A stretch of 64,000 nt of DNA from an uncultured Oscillospiraceae bacterium (GCA_964440115.1 CAYTPV010000001.1:275792-339791); one strand, 5' to 3'; counted from the stretch's first letter, positions 48,119 through 58,994 are shown. Program-made: numbers and translations. Notes: generated by a model not told the origin, from the sequence alone.

Positions 48119-49256
48119 ATGCGAACCCCGCCGGTATTCCCGTGAAATCTGTGCCTCCATTTTGATCCGCGGCTTCGAGTATCCGCACAATGTATTCACA
48201 GGCATGGCCGTCTCCATAGGGGCTTGCAGCCTTGCTCATGCGTTCATATTCCTTAAAGTCGGTCATGAGGTCAACGAAATTTCTGTATACCGCCTGTTCC
48301 TGTGTGCCTATCACCTTGAGCGTTCCGGCCTCCACGCCTTCCGGCCGTTCCGTCACATCGCGTAATACCAGCACCGGCTTCCCAAACGCCGAGGCCTCTT
48401 CCTGAATTCCCCCGCTGTCCGTCAATATCATATAGCATCGGGCGATATAGTTATGCAGCGTCACCACGTCGACGGGCTCTATGATGCGTATGTTGGGGCA
48501 ATCCCTAAGCGCCTGCGCGTCCTGCCGCACGACGGGGTTCTGATGAATCGGGAATACGATTTTGATGTCAGGTAATTCCTCCGCTGCACGCCGGACCCCA
48601 CGGAATATGTTTCTGAGCTGCGCTCCCCAGTTCTCCCGCCGATGCGCCGTCAGCAGCACCATGCGCGAATCGCTCGCCCATTCAAGCGTTTCGTCCATAA
48701 AGTCGTCGCGCGCCGAATATTTGAGCGCGTCGATGACCGTGTTGCCGGTAACAAAAACAGAAGATGGATCCTTGCCTTCATAAAGCAGATTATTCCTCGC
48801 GTTTACGGTAGGCGCAAAATGCCATTTTGCAATCAGCCCTGTCGCCTGCCTGTCGAATTCCTCAGGAAACGGTGCGTAGAGATCGCGCGTACGCAGGCCC
48901 GCCTCCACATGTCCAACCGGAATTTTCATATAGAATGCTGCGAGTGCTGCCGCAAATGTCGTCGGCGTATCGCCATGCACCAGCACGGCGTCCGGATTTT
49001 CCAATTCCAAAACCGAATACATGCCGTTTAATACTCTGGTGGTAATATCATACAGTGTCTGCTTTTGTTCCATAATGGAAAGATCGTAATCAGGAATAAT
49101 ATTGAAAAAGTCCAGTACCTGATCCAGCATCTGCCGGTGCTGCCCCGTTACGCATACCACGGTTTCAAAGGCAGTATGTTTCCTGAGTTCCAACACTAGA
49201 GGGCACATTTTAATAGCTTCGGGGCGCGTACCAAACACAATCAAAACTTTTTTCAT
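48081..49256 (-). CDS. wecB: UDP-N-acetylglucosamine 2-epimerase (non-hydrolysing)
   Basis: Epimerase_2 fold: VFGTRPEAIKM, HVEAGLRT, DSGGIQEE. Confidence 0.85.
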   Translation of the reverse strand: MKKVLIVFGTRPEAIKMCPLVLELRKHTAFETVVCVTGQHRQMLDQVLDFFNIIPDYDLSIMEQKQTLYDITTRVLNGMYSVLELENPDAVLVHGDTPTTFAAALAAFYMKIPVGHVEAGLRTRDLYAPFPEEFDRQATGLIAKWHFAPTVNARNNLLYEGKDPSSVFVTGNTVIDALKYSARDDFMDETLEWASDSRMVLLTAHRRENWGAQLRNIFRGVRRAAEELPDIKIVFPIHQNPVVRQDAQALRDCPNIRIIEPVDVVTLHNYIARCYMILTDSGGIQEEASAFGKPVLVLRDVTERPEGVEAGTLKVIGTQEQAVYRNFVDLMTDFKEYERMSKAASPYGDGHACEYIVRILEAADQNGGTDFTGIPAGFAFTPQAAWRSDLQ

Positions 49257-49337
49257 AAGCACCTCATGAGACTACATCTTCTATATGCTTAGTATTTGAA
49301 GCATTGGTGCCGCCATGCTGTTAAGATGCCTTATACG

Positions 49338-50906
49338 TTAAGGTATATTGGATTGTCCGCGATAATCGCGGTATATTCCCGCGATGGCCATGGCAGAAAG
49401 TATCATGAAAACGGGCAGAATGAAATAGTGATAGCGATTTTGCGTTTCAAGGAACAAATGCAGCGCAACCGTTCCGACCACCAGCAGTATCAGCGCCTGT
49501 TCGGGGCCGACGACCTTCTGTTTTAGTATTCGCAGCCCGAAAACAAAAGAAAAGAATAATCCAAGCATATAAAACCAGTCATTCCACAGCGAAAACTGTC
49601 GTATCATATCCGTGCGGTCCGGCGTCAGCCCGCCCTGCTGCTCCAGAAAAAGGGTGGTCCATGTTTTTCCGTAATCGTCGTTGGACCATAAAAACGTAAA
49701 CTTTTCCATGCTCAAATTCAATACCCCAACAGGGTCGCTGCCGATGCGTTTGAACGCGACATCGGCGCTTGCCCGATGCGCCGCTTCCGGTGAATTTGTC
49801 GACGCAAACTCAGACGAGAAGAATTCCGCGTCCTGCTGGTTCCATGCGCCTTTTGCCTCTATATTGACCCCGACCATCAGGTTATAACCAAAGGAAACGC
49901 TGCTCCCCGGCAATTTGTAAGCGATGGTTTGAGAAATAGAAGCTGATATGAGACTGCTGCAGATAAGGAAAGTCGCTGATGTGATAAGAGCCATGAACCA
50001 GCCTTGGCAGGATGCTCTATTTAGTTTCCCGTTGAGCATCTTTTCATTTTTATCAAATTTTACAGTGAACGGTATGATACAAAGTACAGCCGCAATCAGC
50101 AGTATCACGGAGAGGGGACGCACCGCGTTGGCAAGCGCAATGAGTATTCCCAGCGCAACGCATAAAAACATTGCACTTTCCCTGTTGCCCAAACGAACCG
50201 GATACCGATACAAATAAATAAATAGCCATATACCCAATAGCAGCAGGCAGGTAAACACCGCCTCGGAACCGAGTATTGCCCCATACAATATTTGCGAAGG
50301 CCAGAATGCCGCAGCAATCAATGCGATCAGCCCGCCAAGACGTCCGCTCAGCGTGCGAGCAATGCGATAAGTCAGAAAAACGTTGAGCAAGCTTGCCGCT
50401 GTATTCAGATACAGCCCCGCCTGAACGGATGAGCCAGTAATTTTGAAAAGAAGCGAGAGTATGAACGGATACCCGATGACATGCGGAAACTGCGCAATGT
50501 AGCCGCTGTAGCCGGATGCGCCAAGACTGCCCTTAGCGAGAAGATCGGCCACCTGATAATACGTTTGGTAATCCGATGAAGGTGTAATGGGCAGCTTCCC
50601 GATCACAAGCAGCCGGACTAAGGCGCTTGACGCTATCACGCAAGCGACGGCCACCCGCTCGGCAAGTACGGCCTGCCGCTCCTTCCCCGGTTCGAGAATG
50701 AAAAGGTGCCGTGCAGCAAACCATTTCATGGTGATATGGACAGCGGCCCATACCGCCGCAAGTATGCATATGGTTAAGCCATACCATAAAAACGGATATG
50801 TCCGGTAGTCTGCAATATACAGAATACCGCTGAATACGGCATATGCGATGCAAACCTCAAATATTGCGACAGCCAAACAGACAAACCAGTTCTTCTTTGC
50901 CGTCAC
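49338..50906 (-). CDS. Polytopic membrane glycosyltransferase (GT39/ArnT/PMT_2-like)
   Basis: About 12 TM segments with a large extracytoplasmic loop and dolichyl/undecaprenyl-phosphate-sugar transferase-like topology. Confidence 0.5.
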   Translation of the reverse strand: MTAKKNWFVCLAVAIFEVCIAYAVFSGILYIADYRTYPFLWYGLTICILAAVWAAVHITMKWFAARHLFILEPGKERQAVLAERVAVACVIASSALVRLLVIGKLPITPSSDYQTYYQVADLLAKGSLGASGYSGYIAQFPHVIGYPFILSLLFKITGSSVQAGLYLNTAASLLNVFLTYRIARTLSGRLGGLIALIAAAFWPSQILYGAILGSEAVFTCLLLLGIWLFIYLYRYPVRLGNRESAMFLCVALGILIALANAVRPLSVILLIAAVLCIIPFTVKFDKNEKMLNGKLNRASCQGWFMALITSATFLICSSLISASISQTIAYKLPGSSVSFGYNLMVGVNIEAKGAWNQQDAEFFSSEFASTNSPEAAHRASADVAFKRIGSDPVGVLNLSMEKFTFLWSNDDYGKTWTTLFLEQQGGLTPDRTDMIRQFSLWNDWFYMLGLFFSFVFGLRILKQKVVGPEQALILLVVGTVALHLFLETQNRYHYFILPVFMILSAMAIAGIYRDYRGQSNIP

Positions 50907-50943
50907 TTTACTAGCCTCCGGGCGCAGGTTGCTATCCGAGCTT

Positions 50944-52977
50944 TTAGATACTTAGCTGCGCCGCAATTACTTGGGTCTGGGGAATTTCGGCGGATCGGGT
51001 ATATCCGTCATCTTTCAGCCCCATGTATGCTAGTATATCCGGTGCAAAATCATGTTTATCCATCGCCAGCACCGCTTGTTCCCATGTGATCCTGCCGGCA
51101 TCAAACAATTTTTTGATTGTCTGCAGCTGTGCGGGAGCATTCTCGTCCTGACTCCGTATCGCATTGAGTATAGTTTTACTTGGAGCATCGACAAAGCGGC
51201 ATTCTTCCGGCCGAACTTTGAGCATTCCGGAAACTTCTTTTTTGTCGGTACATTCCGATGCGGCAAACACATAGCCTGCGTCCACTTTCATAATGGGATA
51301 TACACAAAGCTTTTCGAGCGTATCTTTGCTAAGCCCAGCCTGATCAACCGCAAACCCCGAGAGATTGCCTACAAATATTCGGTGATTTGCGTTTGCGGCA
51401 GCTTCGGTCAGCTGTTCCTCTGATACCAGGCCGTGCCGCAGCAGCACATCCCCTATACGCGAACCTTCCTTTTTGCTAATATCTAGCGCGTCGCTGAGCG
51501 CGCTGACATCGATGTATTGCTTTTCCAGCAATATATCACCGATATTGCGATAATAGCGGCATAGCACCTGCTTCTGTAAAAAAGTATGGTCCGTTTTGCT
51601 CCACGCTACTTTTTTCTTTTTCTTTTTTGTGCCCTTCCCAAAGAAAAAGAGCTTCCATGCCTGAAAAGTTGCGGCCATGTTGATAATATTGCCCCATACG
51701 AGACGAACCGGCATCAGCGGCGGCAACAGGCAGGCCACCGTCATGCTTTTAAAGCCGTAAAAGTTCGTAATCGCCACGGCCCGCATAATCTGCCGGAACA
51801 CCATCATGAATGTCAGGAACACGCAAAGCCCGTAAGCCAGCGTATGCCGGGGATACATCAGCGGGATATTCACAAACAGCGACACAATGAAATAGATGAA
51901 AACCATATAGCCGGGCAGCACCATCAGGTTGCTCAGTTTGGCCTTCAAATCCTTATACAGCGAGTATCTGGCCGAGAACCCCAATGCGCTGGGCTTGAAA
52001 ATTTCGGATACTTTGGCTGACTGCATGGTGATGCCGTATATCCAGCGCGTTTTTTGCCTGACGGCCGTTTGAAAAGTCTCAGGGAAAAAGCTTCTCGTCG
52101 CCACATAGTCCCACCTGACGGTATGGGTGTCCGTGAGGCGGGGTACTTTTTCTAAAACAAAATGCGTCCGGTAGCCTTTCTCAGCTAAAATCAGCGACAG
52201 CTTATAATCCTCCGTCAGGCTGTCCTCGGGACAAAGCGGTTCCTCGCCAAAGCAATCGAGTATTGGGTGCGAGATGACGAAGCCCGTACCCGCCGAAGGA
52301 ACCACAGCGGACATTGCTTCACGGGTACCCATCGCCCTGTAGTGATTTTCCGCAAACTCATCGGCATACGTGCCTATCGTCATGCCTGAAAAAACATTTT
52401 TCAAAGTCGGCATTTTCTGCAACGGAATGACCGGGAATTGCAGAACATCATAAGAGTCAAGCAGATAATTTGTCAGCTTGAGCTCATACGGATGCACGAC
52501 ATCCTCGGAGTCATGTATGGTAACGGAGCAGAACCGCCAATGGTTCTGACTTTCAAATTGTTTGATAAAACGAATAATATTGTTGACGTTGTCCGCCTTG
52601 CAGGTCGGTCCCGGGCGGCCGTTAATAACCATGTGCACATTGGAATATTTCTGTTCAAGCCTTTTAACGACGCCGATGGTTGGATCGTCGTTCGGGTATA
52701 CGCCAATAAACACATGGTACATTGCTCGAGGGTATTGAAGAGACGAAATCATATTGTCTATGACCGCCTCAATTACATTGTCTTCATGCCACGCCGCAAC
52801 CATTACCGCCAGCAATTTAGGCGGTACGGAGTCAAGACGTTCGATTGGCAGGCGGTCGGGTTCTTTTCGCTTAATGGTACAAACGATATTGCAAATGTCC
52901 CAAATCAAATCATCCAAGCTGAATATGATGAAGCCAAGTGCAACCACAAGACCGATGCCTTGTATGATTCGTTCCAT
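50944..52977 (-). CDS. NfrB-like GT2 polysaccharide synthase with C-terminal MshEN (c-di-GMP-binding) domain
   Basis: N-terminal TM, GT2 D/DxD motifs, and the processive-synthase QxxRW motif (AVRQKTRW). More TMs follow, then the C-terminal RIGDVLLRHGLVSEEQLTEA, resembling a GspE-N/MshEN c-di-GMP receptor domain. Start at MERIIQ with a GGGGGAG RBS. Confidence 0.65.
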   Translation of the reverse strand: MERIIQGIGLVVALGFIIFSLDDLIWDICNIVCTIKRKEPDRLPIERLDSVPPKLLAVMVAAWHEDNVIEAVIDNMISSLQYPRAMYHVFIGVYPNDDPTIGVVKRLEQKYSNVHMVINGRPGPTCKADNVNNIIRFIKQFESQNHWRFCSVTIHDSEDVVHPYELKLTNYLLDSYDVLQFPVIPLQKMPTLKNVFSGMTIGTYADEFAENHYRAMGTREAMSAVVPSAGTGFVISHPILDCFGEEPLCPEDSLTEDYKLSLILAEKGYRTHFVLEKVPRLTDTHTVRWDYVATRSFFPETFQTAVRQKTRWIYGITMQSAKVSEIFKPSALGFSARYSLYKDLKAKLSNLMVLPGYMVFIYFIVSLFVNIPLMYPRHTLAYGLCVFLTFMMVFRQIMRAVAITNFYGFKSMTVACLLPPLMPVRLVWGNIINMAATFQAWKLFFFGKGTKKKKKKVAWSKTDHTFLQKQVLCRYYRNIGDILLEKQYIDVSALSDALDISKKEGSRIGDVLLRHGLVSEEQLTEAAANANHRIFVGNLSGFAVDQAGLSKDTLEKLCVYPIMKVDAGYVFAASECTDKKEVSGMLKVRPEECRFVDAPSKTILNAIRSQDENAPAQLQTIKKLFDAGRITWEQAVLAMDKHDFAPDILAYMGLKDDGYTRSAEIPQTQVIAAQLSI

Positions 52978-53615
52978 CAAGTCACTCCCCCGAAAATTCT
53001 TCGAGCACATTCAATATGAAGAATGCGCGCCAATTTCATTACATTATCTGGTATTATTCTAACATATATATTTGCTTGAAATATATAGTCGGTTAATGGA
53101 AGCATAGATATGCTTTTGCTTATCCTCCAACTCCAATATCCGCACGATGTTATCAGCGATTTTCATATCTGAACGGTAAAGCGCCGGATTGTTAACTGCC
53201 GATATTCCGCAAAAGGACTATACCATCATACTTGAATCGATCGCTATTCAGGACGGGTGCGGCTGTTTTATGGATGTTGAAGAATATCAATATGATACTT
53301 AGCCGATGACAGCAGAGCATATTGCCCGGATGAAGAGATCACATCGTATGGAAAAGTGATACTTGCACCTTCGCAGGCATCCTATCAGAACTTTATGGTA
53401 AATGCTGTTAACCAGCCTCGCGTAGATTATAAAGTCTGTAATTCCTGCTTAATATTGAGGACTGAGGACCAGCCCACCGCCGGGTCTCCCGTCACACTGC
53501 AATCCATCCGCATTTTGAACAAAAAGTGTTACGGCGGGCATTGTCATAACAGCGGCGGATGCCTGGTGGACTTGATAGCAGGACGCTGAATATAAGGTGG
53601 TTATTTAATTAAACT

Positions 53616-53646
53616 GGGGCTGTGCGGAGTATTTCCGCACAGCCCC
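53616..53646. terminator. 13-bp perfect hairpin, terminator of the FtsX permease gene
   Basis: GGGGCTGTGCGGA-gtatt-TCCGCACAGCCCC. Confidence 0.65.
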
Positions 53647-53670
53647 CGGCTTTTCCCACGTATTGCTCAG

Positions 53671-56319
53671 TTAAAATGTCTCCTGCTTGAGTTCGTCGAT
53701 GATATTCTCCTTTTTGATGCGGTGGGTGGAGTACGCCATGGTCGAGAGTACGATCACCAGTATCATGAAAACAGCCACAATGTAACTGATCCACGGCAGT
53801 TGAAAGCGCATGCCCAATATATCCGTTTGCGTGTTGTAGAGCAGCAGCGCGATCCCAAGGCTAATCGGCAGGCCCCACATCAGACCCTTGAGGCCGTAGA
53901 ACAGACTTTCAAATCGCAGCATGCGATTGAAGCCTTCGGGCGCCATGCCGACTGAACGCAGCATCGCAAGTTCCCTGCGTCTGAGGCCAATGTTGGTCGA
54001 CACCGTGTTGATGATATTCGCGATACAGATCAGGCTGATGAGCGTGATAAAGCCGTACACGAAAACGCCGAGGAATGTATTCATATTGTTTTCACTGCGC
54101 GTCATATCCTTGATGTTGACGATGTTGGCCGCGGGCATGGTCTGCATCAGCTCTTTGATCTGCGCCTCCAAACGCTGATCATCCTCCGTAGTCATATAAC
54201 TGTTGTAGGAAATGCAGTTTTGCGCAATTTGCTCCAGCTCATCCGCCGGTAAAGCCGCCACTGCCGTGTCCCACACGGATTGGGGCACCACAAGCATTAC
54301 AGACGAAAATCCTCCCGTCATCACACCCATGGGGCGCTCCTGTGTAACCGCTCCCAGCATGAACGTGGTACCTGCTTTGGTCATGCTGGTATCTCCTGCA
54401 AAACAGGTCAGCGTGTCGCCTGTTTTCAGTTTGAGCACATCCCCCGCGACCTTCTTTACGTTGTTTTCCCCCGCATCTTCGTAATCCGTGGCGTAGTTGA
54501 TGAGTATCGCTTTGGGGGATTTCGTGTCGGCATAGTCTTCTTTGCGCACACCTACGCTCTTCGCATACGCTTCAAAATTCACTTCGTCCAAGCCGATCAG
54601 CGAAACGGAAAGCTCATATTGATCGCTGGGGCTGCCCTCCTGCTGCGCAACTCGCTGCTTCGTGTAATCGCTGATCTGCCCGGCACTCAGGCGCGTATAG
54701 CCAAACAGCTTTGACTGCGAGGAAAAAGCGTCTATTCCATCCAGCGCTGCAATACGCGATGTTGCATTCTCCGCTTGTTCCTTGGAAGCACCAACGTATT
54801 GCACAAATATATCAAAGTTGTAGCCGTCGGACATCGAGTCTGCGACATTGCCCGTGATATTGGCGTAAGAGGACACCGTGAGAAACAGCACGAGCGCGAT
54901 AACAAGCGATATGACCGTGGCACGGTACTTCCGGCGGCTGCGTTTTAAATTCTTCAACGCAAGTTCGCCCTCAAAGCCGAACAGCATGCGCGTTAGGCGC
55001 GAAGTTTTCACGCTGCTGCGTGTGAGGGTAGTGTCCTTGGTCTGCCGAATTGCGTCTATGGGAGAAATCTTCGAGGCACGGCGCGCGGGCCGATAAACGG
55101 ATACGAATATGGTGATTACGGAAAACAGCACCGCAACGCCAATCGCCCACAACGGCACCACAAGCACCAATTTCACGTGGCTAGATCTGCCAAATACGCT
55201 GTTCAACATCGGCTGTATGACTGCGAGCGTCACACCTATGCCGCCAATTCCCGCAAGTATACCGACAGGAATACCGATTGCGCCTACAAACAGGCCCTCG
55301 AAGTACACGCTTGCGCGCTTCTGCCAACGTGTAGCGCCCACGCTGGCCAGCAGCCCCAATTGCCGCGCGCGCTCTGAGACGGACATGGAAAATGCGTTGT
55401 AAATCAGAGATACGGACGCGATTACGATGATTAGGATGAGTATGAGCATGAAGCTCTGCAAAAACACATATACGTTATCCCACTCTACCACACCGTAGTA
55501 CCGCAGCAGGTCGTCGTTGAACACCGCGCCGGTTTCTTTGTCGCCGTACTTTGCAATCAGACCGTTTGCGTCATTGTATACGCTGCGAGTGAGATGCTTC
55601 ACCGTGAGGCAGGCGTCCACATGGTCATTTGCCGCGAGCGAATACGGGTCGAGATAGCCCAGCAGGCCGTATCCCGCGGAGTAGCTGCCCTCAAAGTTGG
55701 GGGCTTCCATCACGCCCACTACGGTGAGCGACACAGTTTGAACCGGGCTGAATGTCGGAGAACCGATGATATTGCCTTTGTCGTCGTAGCTGTTTGAAAG
55801 ATACCCGTTATCTTTCATGGGCTCCCCTTCTGGTGAAAGTATATCGCCTACGGTCAGACTGAGCGTATCGCCTATTGCATAGTTGAGGCTGCTGCCCTTG
55901 CTTATGCTCTTAGAGATCAGCACCTCGCCCGGCTTCTCGGGCAGACGCCCCTGTGCGAGGCGTATCTGCATCTGCTCATACCCTTTCGCGCTGTACTCTT
56001 GAAAGTAAAAATACTGTTTGGAGTAGCCTTTCGAATCCGCGATGGGCGAAAATCCCTCCGTACGGCTCAGAAAGGCGGTATTAATTGCACTGTCCTGCTC
56101 AAGCGCGGCAAAATTGCCCGCAGGCATATCCGTAAGCTGAACATGCCAGTTACCGGTATCCGCTATGGTGCCGCGCTGCAAAAAGCTTACGAAGGACGAT
56201 ACGAGTACAGCGACACCGGTAATCATCGCCACGGATATCACCACGCCGATGATCGTAACGATCGTCCGCTTTTTATTGCGGAGCAGGCTTCGCAGCGTGA
56301 AGCTTCTCATTACATTCAT
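53671..56319 (-). CDS. FtsX-family ABC transporter permease (double FtsX, large extracellular domains; BceB/MacB-like)
   Basis: 10 TM segments with two FtsX-type 4-TM bundles and large extracytoplasmic loops. Its start overlaps the ATPase stop. Confidence 0.8.
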   Translation of the reverse strand: MNVMRSFTLRSLLRNKKRTIVTIIGVVISVAMITGVAVLVSSFVSFLQRGTIADTGNWHVQLTDMPAGNFAALEQDSAINTAFLSRTEGFSPIADSKGYSKQYFYFQEYSAKGYEQMQIRLAQGRLPEKPGEVLISKSISKGSSLNYAIGDTLSLTVGDILSPEGEPMKDNGYLSNSYDDKGNIIGSPTFSPVQTVSLTVVGVMEAPNFEGSYSAGYGLLGYLDPYSLAANDHVDACLTVKHLTRSVYNDANGLIAKYGDKETGAVFNDDLLRYYGVVEWDNVYVFLQSFMLILILIIVIASVSLIYNAFSMSVSERARQLGLLASVGATRWQKRASVYFEGLFVGAIGIPVGILAGIGGIGVTLAVIQPMLNSVFGRSSHVKLVLVVPLWAIGVAVLFSVITIFVSVYRPARRASKISPIDAIRQTKDTTLTRSSVKTSRLTRMLFGFEGELALKNLKRSRRKYRATVISLVIALVLFLTVSSYANITGNVADSMSDGYNFDIFVQYVGASKEQAENATSRIAALDGIDAFSSQSKLFGYTRLSAGQISDYTKQRVAQQEGSPSDQYELSVSLIGLDEVNFEAYAKSVGVRKEDYADTKSPKAILINYATDYEDAGENNVKKVAGDVLKLKTGDTLTCFAGDTSMTKAGTTFMLGAVTQERPMGVMTGGFSSVMLVVPQSVWDTAVAALPADELEQIAQNCISYNSYMTTEDDQRLEAQIKELMQTMPAANIVNIKDMTRSENNMNTFLGVFVYGFITLISLICIANIINTVSTNIGLRRRELAMLRSVGMAPEGFNRMLRFESLFYGLKGLMWGLPISLGIALLLYNTQTDILGMRFQLPWISYIVAVFMILVIVLSTMAYSTHRIKKENIIDELKQETF

Positions 56320-56999
56320 TTGCGCGTCACCTCGTCGCGGATGATGCGGCCGTCCTCAATCGCTACGATACGGTCGGCCTGCAGGGCCGTATCCATGTCG
56401 TGTGTGATGAGAATGAGCGTCTGGCCATACTTGCGGTTGGACATACGCAGCAGCGCCATAATATCCGCGCTGTTCTTGCTATCGAGGTTGCCTGTGGGTT
56501 CATCCGCGAGCATCAGCGCCGGGCTGCTTATGAGCGCCCGGCCGATGGAAACGCGCTGCTGCTGCCCGCCCGAAAGCTGGTTGGGCAAATGGTGCCTGCG
56601 GTCGGTAAGACCGAGCAAGTTAAGCAACTCCTCAAGCTGTGTCTTGTCCGGCGTACGGCCGTCCAGCAGCAGCGGCAGGATAATATTCTCCTCTACATCG
56701 AGTACCGGAATAAGGTTGTAGAACTGATAGATAAGGCCCACCTGCCGCCGCCGGAATATGGCGAGTTTTGTTTCGTCGAGTGCATATATATCCGTACCGT
56801 CCACGAAAACCTTGCCGGAGGTAGGCGTATCCACACCGCCCGCAATGTGCAGCAATGTCGATTTCCCGGAGCCCGAGGCCCCTACGATTGCGACAAACTC
56901 CCCTTTCTCCACGCTGAGCGATACATCATCCAACGCCTTGACGGAAGCTTCGCCGCTGCCGTATACCTTGCTCAAATTATGAACCTTTAATATTTCCAT
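56316..56999 (-). CDS. ABC transporter ATP-binding protein (MacB/BceA-type)
   Basis: Walker A GASGSGKST, signature LSGGQQQRVSIGRA, Walker B LADEPTGNLD. Confidence 0.85.
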   Translation of the reverse strand: MEILKVHNLSKVYGSGEASVKALDDVSLSVEKGEFVAIVGASGSGKSTLLHIAGGVDTPTSGKVFVDGTDIYALDETKLAIFRRRQVGLIYQFYNLIPVLDVEENIILPLLLDGRTPDKTQLEELLNLLGLTDRRHHLPNQLSGGQQQRVSIGRALISSPALMLADEPTGNLDSKNSADIMALLRMSNRKYGQTLILITHDMDTALQADRIVAIEDGRIIRDEVTRK

Positions 57000-57084
57000 T
57001 CTGGCAAATATGCTCCTTCATCGTGATGGCTACAGGATATACCTCAAGGGTGACACAACAGTGACTATTCTCGTGACTGTTTCG

Positions 57085-58083
57085 TCACTTGAAAAAGCGC
57101 AATGTGAATGTGCTTCCATTACCTTGTGCACTGCGCGCCGTAATACTGCCTCCCTGCCCCTGCAGGATGGCCGCGGCCATCGCAAGCCCAATCCCCACGC
57201 TGTCCTCAGATGCATTTTTGCCCCGGTAAAAGCGTGTAAATATGTGCGGCAGGTCGGCCTTATCGATGCCCGGCCCGGTGTCGCTGACTTCGATCTGTGA
57301 ATACAGCGGGTTATCATCGCAGCGGATGGATATGGTTCCGCCGTCCGGCGTATGCTCCACACAGTTCTTTACGATGTTGAGTAATGCCTCAGATGTCCAA
57401 CGCTCATCGCAGGTAAGCGATATTTCCCCCGCCTCAACGCGGAGCACTTGGTTTTTGAGTTCCATGGGGATGAGCAGGGGTGCGCAGGTATTCTCTATCA
57501 GTACCCGCGCAGAAATTTGGCGCGGACTAAACCGCACTGTGCCCGCATCCAGCCGCGAAATCTTTAACAGCGCGGAAACAAGCCACTGCAATCTTTCGAG
57601 CTGCAGCCGCATGCGTGTGGTGAACGCGCGGCGCTCTTCCTCGGGCAGCTGTGCGTCGCACAATAAATCGGTCATGAGCAGCATGGACGTAAGCGGCGTT
57701 TTGAGCTGGTGCGAGATATCCGAGAGCGCGTCCGCAAGCACGCTTTTTTCGCGCTGCAGCATATCCCCCCGTTCATGCAACGCGGCCGTCACCTTGTAGA
57801 TTTCGTTTTTAAGTATAGAGAGCTCTCCTTCGGCGTTGTCACGTACGTCGAGAGCGTAATCTCCGTTATTGATGCGTTTAAGGTAATCGCAAAGGCGGCC
57901 AAGCTGTATGTATCTTTGCCGCGTGTAGGCGATCAGCATGGCAATAAACAGCAGCGAGCAGATAACCGCGGCAATGCCTGCTTGTACGGAAACAAGAAAA
58001 CCGGCAGCCGTCAGCGCGGCCCCGGCGAAAAGCAAAGTAATAAGAAAAGATCGGAATTCGCGGTTGCGCAGCATGTCACTCAC
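57085..58083 (-). CDS. Sensor histidine kinase (intramembrane-sensing, BceS-like)
   Basis: Two TM segments with a minimal loop, the H-box ISHQLKTPL, and the ATPase G-box GIGLAMA. Confidence 0.8.
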   Translation of the reverse strand: MSDMLRNREFRSFLITLLFAGAALTAAGFLVSVQAGIAAVICSLLFIAMLIAYTRQRYIQLGRLCDYLKRINNGDYALDVRDNAEGELSILKNEIYKVTAALHERGDMLQREKSVLADALSDISHQLKTPLTSMLLMTDLLCDAQLPEEERRAFTTRMRLQLERLQWLVSALLKISRLDAGTVRFSPRQISARVLIENTCAPLLIPMELKNQVLRVEAGEISLTCDERWTSEALLNIVKNCVEHTPDGGTISIRCDDNPLYSQIEVSDTGPGIDKADLPHIFTRFYRGKNASEDSVGIGLAMAAAILQGQGGSITARSAQGNGSTFTLRFFK

Positions 58084-58756
58084 CTGCTTTGTAGCCGAGT
58101 CCCCGCACCGTATGGATCAATTTCGGGTTCTGCGGGTCTTCTTCAATTTTCTCGCGCAGACGCTTGATATACACCGACAGCGTATTGTCCGTCACGAAGT
58201 CGCCGCCGATGTCCCATATTCCCTCCAATAACTGGCTGCGGGAAAGCACCTGGCCGGGATGCGCGGCAAGCGTCAGAAGCAGCCGGTATTCGAGCGCGGT
58301 CAGTATGATTTCCGTACCCTCCCGCATTACCTTGGCAAGCTTGGTATTGACGGTGACAGGCCCCAAGTGCAACTCGTCGCTGCTGTCGCCCGCTTTTTCC
58401 GCGCGGCGCAGCACAGTGCGCAGCCGGGAAAGCAGTTCGCGCACACGAAAAGGCTTGGTAATGTAGTCGTCCGCCCCCATATCGAGGCCCATTACGACAT
58501 TCACTTCCTCATCGCAGGCTGTTAAAAACACCACCGGTGTATCGCTCTGTGAGCGGATTTCGCGGCAGATATCGTAGCCGCTGCCATCGGGCAGAGACAG
58601 ATCTAAAAGCGCAAGGTCAAAGCAGGTACCGGCAAGCGCCTGCATGGCCTTTGCCGCGGTATAACAGACCGTCACGCCATAGCCTTCCTGCCTGAGCGTA
58701 TATTCGAGTCCTATCGCGATGGTTTTGTCGTCTTCAACGAGCAGTATTTGTTTCAT
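58076..58756 (-). CDS. OmpR-family response regulator
   Basis: Receiver domain (LLVEDD...DLALLD) plus a winged-helix DNA-binding domain (TVRGLGYK). Confidence 0.85.
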   Translation of the reverse strand: MKQILLVEDDKTIAIGLEYTLRQEGYGVTVCYTAAKAMQALAGTCFDLALLDLSLPDGSGYDICREIRSQSDTPVVFLTACDEEVNVVMGLDMGADDYITKPFRVRELLSRLRTVLRRAEKAGDSSDELHLGPVTVNTKLAKVMREGTEIILTALEYRLLLTLAAHPGQVLSRSQLLEGIWDIGGDFVTDNTLSVYIKRLREKIEEDPQNPKLIHTVRGLGYKAGE

Positions 58757-58994
58757 ATCATCACCACTTCAATTATAGCCTGTATGGAGATTTTTGCATG
58801 ACGGAATTGTCACGGAAAGTATAGAGCGGGAAATTAAACAAGAAATAACTGCCTCGCCTGCCCACATCGCTGAATCGTGGCAGTGCGCCTCGCAAGCGGT
58901 GCTAAGCAAACAAAACAGCTAGATAAAATCTAGCTGTCTTGCATTATCCGCCAATCCTTCAATTTAGCCTCAATGAGGCAGTACAGAATTATCG

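Noticed and set aside
53356-53589. 77-aa Cys-containing small ORF (CNSC…CYGGHCHNSGGC) in the 660-bp intergenic region. Considered as a RiPP precursor or zinc ribbon.
   Set aside because: It has a GTG start with no RBS and no adjacent modification or transport genes. The composition looks like a random frame in an AT-richer spacer.
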